Below, piece after piece: positions 1 to 13,170 of a stretch of DNA of 64,000 nt (the first letter of the stretch is position 1; each line of letters starts with the position of its first letter). This stretch comes from the human T2T-CHM13v2.0 reference genome, Homo sapiens. The notes under the pieces are model-generated. The model saw nothing but the letters and a program-made list of their open reading frames with translations. It was not told the origin of the DNA and did no database searches. The stretch lies in NCBI RefSeq assembly GCF_009914755.1, contig NC_060933.1. One strand, 5' to 3'. Made by a program: the position numbers and the translations under genes.

Positions 1-328
1 TATGACTATCACAAATTTAGAACTTATTCTTGAATATGTATTTTGTTTTCATTTTATAATAATCAATTTGAAAATAACTTTTTTTACAAGTCAAATATAA
101 ATCATGCACAATAAGTCATAAATAGGATTTAATATACTTTGTAAGTTTATGCATCAAAATAAAATTTTGTTTTAATAGCCACGCTAAAGTTGAATAAAAT
201 TAAATTCATATATAATATTTAAATGTTTTTGAAAAATTTGCTTTATTGTTACCAGAGAATCATATTTTAAACAAGAAGAGAGTAATATTAGTCAAATATT
301 TAGTATCTTTTCATGATTAGTACCTTAT

Positions 329-1067
329 TGCTGAAGAGTCAAACTCTGTAAAATATTTATCATTAATGTATAATTTATAATTTATTATTTATAATTTATC
401 ATTTATTTATTATTATTATTATAGAGATATATTCTGAGCTAAATATGAGTGACCCATAACACAGCCCTCAGGAAATCCTGAGAATATATGCCCAAGGTGT
501 TTGGACTATAACTTGGTTTTATACGTTTTAGGGAGACATAAGACATCAATCAATATACGTAAGATGTATATTGGTTCAGTCTGGAAAAGCAGGACAACTG
601 GAAGTTGGGGGTTGGTTGGGTAGGGGGTGGGGAGGTAGGAGGGGCTTCCACGTCATAGGTAGATTAATAGATTTTCTGATTGGCAATTGGTTGAGAGAGT
701 TAAGTTCTTGTCTAAAGACCTAGAATCAATAGAAAGGAATGTCAGGGTTACAATAAGAGCTTGTGAAGACCAAGGTTTTATCATGCAAATGATGCCTCCA
801 GGTAGCAAGCTTCAGAGACAATAGACTGTAAATATTTCTTATCAGATTTAAAGGGTCTGTTCTATAAGTCTTAAGGTCTATGTTGATGTTAATGCTGATC
901 AGCTTTTCCTGAATTCCAACAAGAAGGAAGGCATAATATGGCATGTCTGACTCCCCCTTCCCTGAACTAGGTTCTACAGGTTAATTTTGGGATGCCCTTT
1001 GCTGAGAGGAGGGGTCCATTCAGATGGCTGGGCTGGGGCAGTGCTTAGAATTGTATTTTTTGTTTAA
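329..1067 (-). mobile_element. ERV1 solo LTR, MER4 family
   Basis: Matches recalled MER4 antisense motifs (GAGTCAAACTCTGTAAAATATTT...TTCTGAGCTAAATATGAGTGACC...GCTGAGAGGAGGGGTCCATTCAGATGG); interrupted by an AT-rich insert at ~359-421. Confidence 0.85.
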
Positions 1068-1080
1068 TGAAAATAATATA

Positions 1081-1770
<690 letters not shown>

Positions 1771-2149
1771 TTACCCTTTCATGTTACTGCTAAAGAGCAT
1801 TCAGTACATTTACTCTAATGCTTAATCCACCCAGCCATTTAGAGAAATATTCACTTGACAATAATTTCGAAAGTTTACATATGTAAACTTTCTGTGTAAC
1901 TTCATCCAGAAATTTTTCTCATCATCCCCTACAATCTGTCATTATTAGATTAGGATTTTTGTGGTCCATTGTTACTTCCTGAGAACTAGTTTGACTAAAT
2001 CTTTTGTGTTAAGATGCCTACTTCATTGCTTATTCAGTAGAAAATGGCCAATGTAGGTTAGTTTGATAAAATGTTAGACTAATGGTTAGCAGATGGACTC
2101 CCAAAATGAAACTGAACATCCTTAAAAATGTGAATTGTGTGGTTAATTC

Positions 2150-3230
2150 GTTTATTCATTCAACAAAGAGTAGATAAGTATTTATTATATGATACGTAAA
2201 CTAATAAAAAATAGCTGTATATTTGGAGCTTAAATTTTACTGAGTAAAGACACAATAAATAGTATAGGCAATATATAAATATATTATATGTTATATTAGA
2301 AGATAATTGTTATAGAAAAACTATATTGGGGTAAAAACAATTCAAAATGCTTGAGGACACTACTTGCATATTTAAATAAATGGTTACCCTAATTGAAGAG
2401 GTAATGTTTGTGTAGAGAAGTAAGTTATATTTTGAAAGGATTGCTCTAGCTGCTAGATTGAACATACACTACCGTTTGAGTTTTCAGGGGTGGAGAAGGG
2501 GGGTAAAAAGAAGAGACAGAAGGACAACTTTGGAATTTGTAGATCTAGTCTTGAGAGTAGCACTAGAAACTTGGTTAGAAATGCTTACAATTTGGAACAG
2601 GATTGCAGCAGTAAAGATGAAAAAACTATCAAGATTCAGGCATTATTCTGAAGGGAAAAAGGGAAAATTTCTGGCAGAAGAATGTAGTATATAAGAGAAA
2701 AACAATCATTGAGGGTGATTAAAATACATTGGTTTTGAGTAGGTTGAAAGATGAAATTACCATCAGCTGAGACAGGGAAGATTTGGTATTTTGGGGGAAG
2801 TTTAGATGTTACTGTTGAGATGTCTATTTAAAGCTCAAGTAAAGATGTGAATAGTATTTAGATATACAGGTTTGGCACTTAGGGAAAAAATGTGGGCCAA
2901 AAATCTTAATTGCATAGTTTTGAGTTTAGATGACATATGTAAAGCCATGAGACTTGAAAAGATGACCAAAAGAGTTGAGTGAGTGTAGAGATCCAAAGAC
3001 TGCACTTTGGATTCTCAAAGCTTAAGAGATTGAAGAAAAGATAAGAGGAAGAAAAAGGCAGAAGAAGGATATGTTTGTAGGAGCATAGCCATGAGACTTT
3101 GATATGTTGGACATCATATAAATAAAGTATACAGAGGAGGACATACTAATCAGCTGTATACAATGCTAAATGCCAACATAGGGATCACTGGAGACAATGA
3201 CAAAGCATTCAAGTGAATTAATCTCATTTG
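2150..3230 (-). mobile_element. LINE-2 fragments
   Basis: TTTATTCATTCAACAAA tail, and L2-like TTGAGATGTCTATT...AAAGCCATGAGAC segment; boundaries approximate. Confidence 0.65.
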
Positions 3231-3469
3231 TCCATACCACAAAATATTATTCTCCATCTCATAATCACCTTTATATTTTCTGTTGAGTCATTTTCTATCT
3301 GGCAAAATAATACATTATTTATTTTTGAGGGAAATTAGCTAGGTTATAGCATACCATCTTAAATATTTAATATTTAATACAAATTGATTAGGTAATCAGA
3401 CAATTATTTATCTACTGATAAGGCTATAATAAATCCTTATTGATCAGATGTCCAAATCTTGTGTCTTGT

Positions 3470-3660
3470 ACTCCTTTTCAGTCTATAGTCACTCAATGGT
3501 TACACATTCTAGTCTTATGACTTTCAAAATACCATGTAAGCAGAAAACTATCCAATTTCTATATTCAGCCCAGATTTCTCCCTTAAATGCCAGAAATTTA
3601 TACACAAATACCCACTCAACATTTTATGTGAACTTTACATAGATATCTCAAATTCTTCTA
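3470..3660 (+). mobile_element. LINE-2 fragment
   Basis: CCAATTTCTATATTCAGCCCAGATTTCTCCCTTAAATGCCAG resembles the L2 sense strand. Confidence 0.6.
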
Positions 3661-5316
3661 AGATGCTTGGTCTAAAGTAATTGAAAAGAGTTAACGTTTT
3701 TATTGTAATAAGATTAAGTTGGAGTATCCACTAAGCTCTATCAGGAGGTTGGTTGGTTGCTTGTTTTTAATAATTTTTAGTTGGAACAGAGTAAACTAGA
3801 CTTTCTGAGCATTAACTTTATTAATAGAGTTTATTATAAATGTAAGAAGTTTGATATGAAGAAAAGTTTCTTTACTTATATTTTAGAATAAATTCTATGC
3901 ATTGAAGTAAAAAGTAGAATCACTTGCTTGGATCTGCAGCAGCATTTTAGGCTCAATTTAGATTTTAGAATGAGACTACAGTACCTGAGTGAAAGAAAAG
4001 ATAAACTCTTGAAGAAATTTCCATGACTGAAGAAAAATACTATAGCTCATGCTAGGAAAGGCTGACTGTGAAATAAGGAGAGAGGGAATGACTCCAGGTA
4101 TTTATTTGTTTATTTTTTTATTTGTTATCTTTTGGAGTGAGGCTTCTGCATCGTTAGTTGGGAACACTGCAGAAACTATAGACGTTTTGGAAGGCTAGAT
4201 TCATACTAATCTAAAAGAAGCAAGGAGAAATATGGCTGGGAAATTGAGAGTTTCTGTATTCAATCACAAACAGTGGAATACATTAGCCTGCTTTCAAAAG
4301 TAAGCTAACCCGTATGCTGAAAGTATAATCAAGCTTAACTAAGATGAAAGCATTTTTTTTCTTTACTGTGAAATAGGCTTTCTGGGAGAAAGGAAAGACT
4401 TAATGTTTTTTATTTGCTTTTTTCTTTACAATTCTAAGGTCAATTTTCAATGTGCATGGAGAGCCTGAAAAATAAGTTATTCTTTTGATCAACATAACCG
4501 ACCACTGTAGAACATTGGCTGACGACTATATAGCTATTAATATCATGAATCAGGTAGTGGTTCACAATCAGAATCAGGTTACCAGACACTGCAAGGAGGA
4601 GCTCGTTTAACCTCCACTTAACTTCCCTGAGCTACTTTTGTGATTCATCTTTTTCAATCCCATTGCAGCTTGCCAAGGAGTTGCATATCTGTTAATGGTA
4701 AATCTGATTTTATCTACGTCAGACAGCAGAAACAAGTTATTGACACCAACGTAACCTTTTGTTTCAGGAAGATCCAAGATATTGAGCTTCAATGGCAGTG
4801 GTACAACAAATAAATTAGACATATTCAGCATGACAGGAAGCAAATATTGTACTTCAGAGCAGCTTGGAATTTAAAGCAAAGGAGAATGCCATGTTTTTCA
4901 GTAAACATTTAAAAATGTTACTTTATTACTACTATTTACTAACTTTTTATATAAGAAAAACAAAAAGGAACCTGGTTTTCAAAACAGTGCCATAAATTAA
5001 TATTTCCACTAATGGGCTAGATATTTCATTACAGGTCTCAAAGAAAAATTCTGAAATTCCAAGTAGATATTCCCCTCTTTTTAATTGGAGCAATTTATTG
5101 AAAGCCCTGAATCGTTATTTTTTGCATATATTTATAAACTTCTCTTGAGAGTCCAGAAAGTTTTTGTGAAAGGTCCAAAATAGTCTTCATTTTTGTTTGT
5201 TGTCATATCTATACTGTAATCAGCAAAACGATTGCAGTGTATAATGTAATCTTAGAAGGAAATGGGGCTGAAATGGATTAATTATGAATCGTGCATTTAG
5301 CAGCAATGCATGTATG

Positions 5317-5345
5317 CACACACACACACACACACACACATACAC
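5317..5345. repeat. (CA)n microsatellite
   Basis: 12 perfect CA units followed by TACAC. Confidence 0.97.
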
Positions 5346-5532
5346 TTTCCTAATTACAACTCTGTGAAGATTAACATATAAACACCAAAGGCTTTTTGAA
5401 GTGACATAGAAAAAATGGTTTCAGGTGAGATTTTCTGTACATATGAGAAATTTATGTTGAAATATGTGTTAAAATAGATTTGTATACAAATCTGAGAGAA
5501 TTGAACGACGGAGGAGGTTTGAAGATACCAAC

Positions 5533-5635
5533 CATCTGCAGATATCATCTGTTTGTCATGAAGGCTTCGGTGCTCATTAGCAAAAAGCGTTGTTCCCTGT
5601 ACCCACAGATGTCCACCCTGGTTGCCTAGAGCAGA
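5533..5635 (-). other. Candidate spliced exon (probably non-coding)
   Basis: Strong minus-strand acceptor GATTTCCTTCCTTTTATTCCTTTTCTATATAG|TCTG (AG at 5637-5636); possible donor ATG|GTTGGT after 5533; no recognisable protein. Confidence 0.3.
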
Positions 5636-5723
5636 CTATATAGAAAAGGAATAAAAGGAAGGAAATCATTGCCAATGAATAAAAATAAAGTGATTTCTCA
5701 GTTTTCATACTATTAGAATTCTA

Positions 5724-6146
5724 GCCTCCTAGGCTGTTCTTGCATTGCTATAAAGAAATATCTGAGAGTGGTTAATTTATAAAGAAAATAGGTTTAATTG
5801 GCTCATGATTCTTCAGACTGTACAATAAGCACAAAGCTGGTGTGTTCTCAGATTCCTGGGAGGCCTCAGGAAACTTACAATCATGATCGAAGGTAAATGT
5901 GTAGCAGGCAGGTCACATGGCCAAAGCAGAAGCAAGACAAGGGGGGCAGGTGCCACAGACTTTTAAAAACCAGATCTCACAAGAACTCCTTCACTATTAC
6001 AGGAACAACATCAAGGGGATGATGCCAAACTGTTCATGAGAAATCCACCCTGCTGGTACAGTCACCTCCCACCATGCCCTGCCTCCAACACTGGGGATTA
6101 AATTCAACATGAGATTTCGGTGGGGACACATATCCAAACTCTATCA
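5724..6146 (-). mobile_element. MaLR solo LTR, MSTA/MSTB
   Basis: GCATTGCTATAAAGAAATATCTGAGA...GAGGCCTCAGGAAACTTACAATCATG...GGGGACACATATCCAAACTCTATCA. Confidence 0.92.
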
Positions 6147-6239
6147 GCTAGCTTCAGTAGGTCTTTGGTGTACTCCCTCAGAATGACTACAGCTTTGAAA
6201 AACAGGTGACTTTAAAAGGGCTATCATCAGTCCTAATTT

Positions 6240-6420
6240 ATTATGCCTGATTGACACATAGTTATCTGACAGTAAATCATTCTAACATCACAAATATCTT
6301 ATTTCTGCCTGTCACACTAATTTGCAAAGCATTCAATTGATTGACTATTAATGAGCATCGTGTCATTCACAGTGTTTTAGGTTTCTCAAGAGAATTATGC
6401 TGTTCTTCCTGTAACTCAAG
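6240..6420. promoter_or_regulatory. Candidate developmental enhancer (PBX/HOX/MEIS motif cluster)
   Basis: TGATTGACA 6248, TGACAGTAAATCA 6267-6279, CTGTCA 6309, TAATTTGCA 6318, TGATTGAC 6338, TGTCA 6361 within ~120 bp of non-repeat-looking DNA. Confidence 0.5.
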
Positions 6421-8287
6421 TAGAGGAAGAACATATTCTCATTCATTTCTAATTAATATTTCACTAATATATCGGTAACTACAAAGGGAAGTTCATTAGC
6501 TAACCTATTAGCTTGGACTCTGACTTAACAATGTTCTTTTCATTCATATAAGAAGTTAGTCACTGCTACTAGATTATAAATGGACTTCCTGAGTCCCGAC
6601 CCCTCCCCATAGACATTGCTAGTCTACAGCTTGCTAAAGAAAAGCTCCCATTTTTTCTTTAATCATTTTGTGTAAAATATTTCAGGAATCTGAACTTGCA
6701 CAGAATTAGAAAATATTTTCCTAGCAACTTAACAATAAGACATAATTAAACGGAGGCTGGGGAGGTGGCATAAATGAAATTTATTTGCCCTTCAACATAT
6801 ACATCAGAATAAGGATAAGTAAAGTCAATCGAGCAGGAAATACTTATAAAGTAAAGTTTGCCATCAAAATCTCCGGCCACCCATTTCCTAAAGTAATTGA
6901 AATTTTAAGTTCAATTCTAGGTCTAATAGATATTGTTAACGTATTCAGAAAAAAAACCCCTATATGACTATAGGGTAATTGTAATTCCTCTTAGAATACA
7001 CATTACAATAAAAACATCCAATTACTAAGCATATTTAAATGCTGAATAATGTCTTTAGTTAATTATTTGCAAACAATTGTATAAACTCTGAAGATGGGAT
7101 TTTTAGAAGGCTAAAGTCAATATAACTTGAGATCAGTGAGGAAAAAAGCCATTACAATATATGAAACAATGTGAATTCAAAATTCCTAAGGGCATTAATA
7201 ACATTTACAATAAAATGAGATCTTAGTTTATCCCAATATTAGGATATTGGGAGTTCATTATAATTAGCTTCTTGTTGAGAAATTAATATTGTTTAGATGT
7301 TTTACTGTTCTTCATTTATGAGAGTAGAAAATTCTAAGGTGGGAAAAGTGTTCTCATGGTACACACATAATTTGTACTATATCTGAATAAACATAAAATT
7401 TTTAAAGCAGAATTTTACATGATTTGCCACTAAGTGAAACAGAATCCTACCTGCAAGAATCAGTAGGGTTCCACCTGGCCTAGATAGCCACTTATGACTA
7501 TACCAACCTCCAGTCATTACTTATTTTGAACATTTATGAAGATAACTGGATGGACTCACTGAGAATGGTTAAATAAACACCACAGAATAATAGCTATACA
7601 TGCTTATTGTCATGGTCAGCAACTATTTTAGGGTGGCACACAGGGGTAAAGACTTGGGTGCAAGTAGGCTGTGAGCTGAGTGCCAGTGACAGGACCTCTG
7701 AGTGCTAGTGAGCCTTTTGTGATTGGTCTTATTCTTCTTGGAATATTTGCTTTCCTCTACCCGTTTCTGTTTCTGCCAGTTAAGCCCGTTTATCAATTTT
7801 CTTTTAACTCCTTAGGACACTGCACTTACTATATACTTGCCATTCATAATTATACATATAAATCTATGAGTAATAGGATGTATGCTTTTTTATATATGCT
7901 TCTAGTTCTCCCATTCTGGAAACTGATTATAGCTCTCATCTATGAGTTAATAAGGAACTGTATATTTTCAGTTAGAATTTGTCTTGTGACTGTCTTTCTC
8001 ACCTGTATGCAACAGACCATGTTTCTTTCATAAGGACATTAATTATGAAAACTTTTCCCAATATGCCTTTGTTCAAATTACACATAAAATAAAATGTTGA
8101 TGACATTCCTAAGCAGGCTTTATTTTTATACTAATTTCCTGCCACTCATGCAAATGACAGTTTCATTTTGTCATTATTCCACTGTATATCTCTTTGTTCC
8201 ATATAAAATTGTTCTTTTCTATTTTTTTCTATGTTTTGGTACCATATTCTTCATCAGCAAGATAATAGTGTATGGAGAATGGAGAGA

Positions 8288-8319
8288 CAGGATCATAATA
8301 TCAGGATCATAATATCAGG
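8288..8319. repeat. 14-bp tandem duplication (CAGGATCATAATAT x2.3)
   Basis: Read directly. Confidence 0.95.
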
Positions 8320-8554
8320 TGAAGTCTGAAGGAACAATTATGATAGAAGCCAAAGTGGTAATAGATTTCTTTTTACAACAGAAAGAAAACGAAACATAAA
8401 AAACATGGTTATCAGAACTCATTTGCTAGATATTATTACTAACTGCCCTACCTGTTTGGGGTATTTTACAATTATATTATTTGAGTATCATGCCCTCTAT
8501 TGGATATGGTAATAAGACTTCTTTCCAAAGCTTTTCTAGTTAAAATTCAAAGCA

Positions 8555-8715
8555 TGATGTATCAATTATAACAAATGTACCACACTAACGTAAGATGTTA
8601 GTAATAGGGAAAACAGGCAGGGGTAGGGGTGAAAGGTATATGGGAGGTCTCTGCATTTTCCATTCATTTTTCTGTAAACTTAAAACTGGTTCAAGAAATA
8701 AAGTCTATTAACTGA
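8555..8715 (+). mobile_element. L1MC-type 3' end
   Basis: AAATGTACCACACTAACGTAAGATGTTAGTAATAGGG...TTTTTCTGTAAACTTAAAACT...AATAAAGTCTATTAA then A-rich tail. Confidence 0.8.
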
Positions 8716-10099
8716 AAAAATTAAAAAAGAAGAAAAAATTATCAAAGAAAAATATATTTTGTACATCTGACCTGAAAAATCTTTAGCATATTTAAGATTT
8801 TTAAGAACGTGACAAACATATTCATATTAATTAATAATCACTTTGTAACTCATAGATATTGTTTTCTATTTTTTGGATATGTAAAGGGTATTTTTGGATT
8901 TGTAAAGAGTATTTGTAAAGGGTAATTTATTTATTCAAAATTACCCAAAACTTTGATGTTGCCATTTCTCATTTGAGGGTTCACAAATGTAGAGAAAATG
9001 ATTTCATATTATATAATACAATAGCATTGAGTATCTCTAAAAGTGGAGACTATAATCGTATTGTCTGGAGTAATATTCAGTCCAAATACGAATAGATTTA
9101 TTGAGCGTAACAAGTAAGAGCTTTCTTTGATTGCAGGTCAGGAGGTTAGGATGGATACATTTCTTCTCCTGAAAACAAATATCTCCAGTTTTTGTTGCTA
9201 ATCTTCCTTATCTAATGGGTGTCAAAGTAGCAGAGAGTTTCCTTAAAGTTGTATAGAAAATATTTAGTTCATTTTATAAATGGAAATGGAGAAAATGATG
9301 GTTCCTGAAGTAATTTGTAAAATATCTATACATTATGTTAAACAAGTCCTCCTCAGTAATTGCTTTCTAAAAATGTAATCTAAAATTTCACTTCATTTTA
9401 CAGCTGCCATTCTAATCAGTCAAAATATTGAAATATCAGCATCTTGGTTATAAGAAAACAGGAAATATCAGGTTAATCAACATATTTATTGAAAAAAGAG
9501 ATATTTTAGTGGAATTTCTATGTCAACATATTTTGACATGTTTTTAGAAGGGGCTCACCCAGTATACCTTTGATGGCAATAAGAAAATAATCAATTATTC
9601 ATATCACTTAAAAATCACACTTTATAATAAATATTCCTTTGCCATGTGATGGTCTGAAAACTTATTTCAATATATAGAGATTTATATTTTCTATCTTTCT
9701 CTCCTACTTCCTTTGAAGACATTTACTGACTACCCCTACTGGCTTTCTGCAGACAGTGTTTCCATCTGTGAAAACTCAAAGAATTTGGCTTTCACTTTTT
9801 TTTTTCACCACATGCATTTTCAAACTAGATGAAAAGCTGTTGGATGTCATTGTCCTCACAGATATTCAAATGCCACCAAATTGTGTTTCTTTTTTTTTTT
9901 TCTCTTAAGTACAAGTAATGGTAGCATCCCAGCTGTCTAGATGCCTGAAAAAAAAAATCATTTGCTGGAAAGAATTCACTTGGCTTTAACTCACCTCAGG
10001 AATAATGGAATTGAAAACAAGTACATGGAAAGGGATCAAGAATACAGTGGCAAAAGAAATCAGAATCAATTAATGGTTCAATGTGTAATACTTTACTCT

Positions 10100-11840
10100 A
10101 TTTAATTAAATTGATATTTATTGATCTTCTATTACACACTGTGCTTGGCACAGTGGGTGATATAAAGATCAATTGGACATAACTGCTGCGTTGGCAGAAC
10201 TCACAGTCTACTGAAAAAGATAACAAAAGGATAAAAAGCAAGTTCAATTCTAATAAGCTCTGTAATTGAGCTCTAGACAAAGTAAATTAAACAGAGTTGG
10301 AGGAGATTGCATGCGATTGAATAACATGGGAATAATTTACCAAGGACATGACTTCTAAGACAGATCATGGAAGATTAATGGAAAGTTTAAGTGTAGGGAA
10401 AGACAATTGAAGTATAAGGAACACGATGAGTAAAAATATGTAGACAGAAAATGGTCAATTTTAAGGAAACAAGTTCATTATAGCTAAAAGTTATTGCTAA
10501 TATGTATTTCCTTTCCACCACAGCAGTTCACTGAAAATACTTCTGGCTGTCCATCTGTGAGAACTTAATCAGTATGCCTTGGGAATTATAATCACATTGC
10601 TATTAAATTATTTACCCATTTACTCAACAAACATTTATTGAGTGTTAGGGCCTACTCAATAGCCGCCCACACACAGTAAATATGAACAAAATTGAATTTA
10701 ATGTGTTCCCTTTAGGGCAGGTATAAAAGGGCAATAACATACATAGCTGAATGAATATTTGATATTTTCTCCTACTTCTAAGTTAATATGATAGCCTACC
10801 ACAATTGTATTGATGCTGGCAGAAGACGCTAAAATATAGGGTCAGAAATTAAAAAAATAAAATAGCTCATTACTCATAACACTAGCAGTAGCCAGAATGC
10901 ACTGATTGCCCTAGCCTCAATCTTCTCAGAGTGACACAAAGTGAACCATGTCAAAGACGTACATGCAGTGGGTTGCATTAGAGGAGAAGAAACCTGAGCT
11001 TTGGGAACATGAATCTTTTATAATAAGCAGTAAGCATGCCTGACCTTTGCTCCAATGGAAAAAAACCAAAAACCATAAACGAAATAAAAAGCTCTCTTGG
11101 TCTAACAGGACTGTTTGATATACCAAACAAGTTCTTGAAAAAATAATCCAGAACAAAGACAGTCAGTGGCTCTATTTACAAGATGCACAGAAATGTGAGG
11201 AACCTATTAAGAATTGTCTCCCTACAAAATTTAAATAAAGAACAGGGAATTACTCTTCCTGACTAGCAAACAGAAGGGAGCAATGTGTCATGGACACATT
11301 AACACTTGGGCTGGCTCTTGACAGTTACAGTATATAAATATAAAATGCTAAAGAAGTGTATTATAGGCAGAAAGACAAGAAAAGAAAGTTACATGTGTGC
11401 AGATAGAAATATATGCAGAATTTTGGGTGAAAGATGGCATTTGGCTGAAGGAAGGTTGGATATAGAGGAAAATGCAGGGGAATTGATTTAGAAAAGTGGT
11501 GTTAGTGCCACATTATGGAGGAAATTGAATAATCTGCCAAATACATTTTTTTTCTGTAGAAATAGTAGAGAGCCATCAAAGGTCTTTAAGTTAGGTAAAA
11601 ACGAAATAATTTCATCTGGTTTACAAAGGAAATGTTAATAGTTTTATGAGGGAGATCAAGAGAATTGGGATTAGAGGCAGAAAAGGGAGCAGGTAAGAAG
11701 ATGATTGCAATGCATGATAAAGGTCTGTGTATAAATTGAGAATGTTGCAGAGATAACTTGCAATTTTAATTAATGGGACTTTTTGACTAATTAGATTAAT
11801 GGCATGAGGATAAAATTCAAGAAGGTATTAGTTTCTTAGC
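10100..11840 (-). mobile_element. Scattered LINE-2 fragments
   Basis: L2 tail-like pieces at ~10105-10215 and ~10610-10650, internal piece ~11480-11830, with unique DNA between. Confidence 0.5.
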
Positions 11841-12046
11841 TGAGTGATTCTTACATATTGGTTTGTCACAATAATGAGTATTATTAATGTCTTTCTTGAG
11901 CTTCAATTTCCACAAATTGTCTACAGCTTTCAAAAATGATCTTCAATATTCAAATGTGATAGACAGTATTGCCAGATTTTAAAATTTATCTTGGCTCATG
12001 GTCTCTTAAAAACATGATTTATTAATTTTAATTATGGAAGTTTTTA

Positions 12047-12371
12047 TTTTTTTTAATTTTTTATTTTCATAGGCTATTAGGAAACAGGTGGTGTTTCATT
12101 ACATGAGTAAGTTTTTTAGTTGTGATTTGTGAGATTTTGGTGCACCCATCACCCGAGCAGTATACACCGCACTCAATTTCAAGTCTTTTATCCCCCATCC
12201 CCTTCCCACCCTTTCCCCCTGAGTCCCCAAAGTCCATTGTGCCATTCTTAATGCCTTTGTATCCTCATAGCTTAGCTCCTACTTATAAGAGAGAAAATAT
12301 GATGTTTCGCTTTCCATTTCTGAGTTACTTCACATAGAATAATAGTCTCCAATCTCATCCAGGTTGCTGCA
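12047..12371 (-). mobile_element. 5'-truncated L1PB (L1PB1-like) 3' end
   Basis: Poly(T) then GGTGCACCCATCACCCGAGCAGTATACA...; perfect 17-bp TSD AATTATGGAAGTTTTTA at 12030-12046 and 12372-12388. Confidence 0.93.
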
Positions 12372-12499
12372 AATTATGGAAGTTTTTAAATGAAGCAACA
12401 TACATACTGATGATAGTTGAGATGGAGAGAAAAGGTCGTATTTTCTAAAAATCTTGAAGAGAGAGCTGAGAAGATAAGTAAGTATGAGGATATGAAGGA

Positions 12500-13170
12500 G
12501 AAAAAGAGAAAGAATGATTTCAGTTTTTGGCCTGACTATAAAATGATGAAGTTGCCATCAGTCGAAAGACTTTAGGTGAAGCCAGTAAGATAGAGTAGGG
12601 AAATTATGACTTCACTTTTATGCTGCCAAATTTGATATTTTTATTGGAACTCCAGGTGGATATATCCAGTAGGCAGCTGTACTTATGATCTGAAGTGGGA
12701 AGGGAGACTTGAACTGGAGATATAAATGTGAGTGTCATTAGGATACAGCCATGAACATGGATGAGATCACCCAAGAGGTCACTGTTGGTAGCAAAGACAA
12801 CCACAGAGACAGCCCCAAAGGAGCAATATTAAGAGGTCAGCAAAAGGAGAAAACGGATAGGGCCTTGCCCATGAGATATAAGACTAAGAAAGAATGCCTG
12901 ATCACTTGAAAGCTAGGTAGGAATATTGTATTCAGGAAGCAATAATCAACACTGTGGTAATGTTGTTTATTCATTATGTAAGACAAGGACTGATAATTAA
13001 CTATTGGAGTTAGTATTGTGACCTTGATAAGAACAGGCACCATGGAGTCACAGAACAATAGCCTGTTTGGTGCAGGTAGATGAGAGATTAAGGGGAGGGG
13101 AGATGGAAATGATAAATATAAATAACTAAATAACTGTTTCAAGGGAAGCCAAAAAGTAAATAGGAGCATT
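12500..13170 (-). mobile_element. LINE-2 (L2a-like)
   Basis: CCAGGTGGATATATCCAGTAGGCAGCTG...CTGGAGATATAAATGTGAGTGTCATTAG...GGATGAGATCACC. Confidence 0.8.

Noticed and set aside
607-644. G-quadruplex-like tract (also ~55040-55062)
   Set aside because: G-rich segments intrinsic to MER4 and the L1 3' UTR; nothing specific to this locus
4607-4843. 78-aa ORF as a micropeptide gene
   Set aside because: No recognisable homology or promoter; length is within the chance range seen across the ORF track
7680-8312. Hydrophobic 117-aa and 72-aa ORFs as membrane proteins
   Set aside because: T-rich DNA yields F/L/I-rich translations; no family motif and no exon structure
10930-11035. Plus-strand exon candidate (CTTCTCAG|AGTG...GCA|GTAAGC)
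   Set aside because: Moderate splice sites, no recognisable peptide, no partner exons
12047-12371. This L1PB 3' end as the displaced tail of the L1PB at 19568-22544
   Set aside because: It has its own perfect 17-bp TSD, so it is an independent insertion
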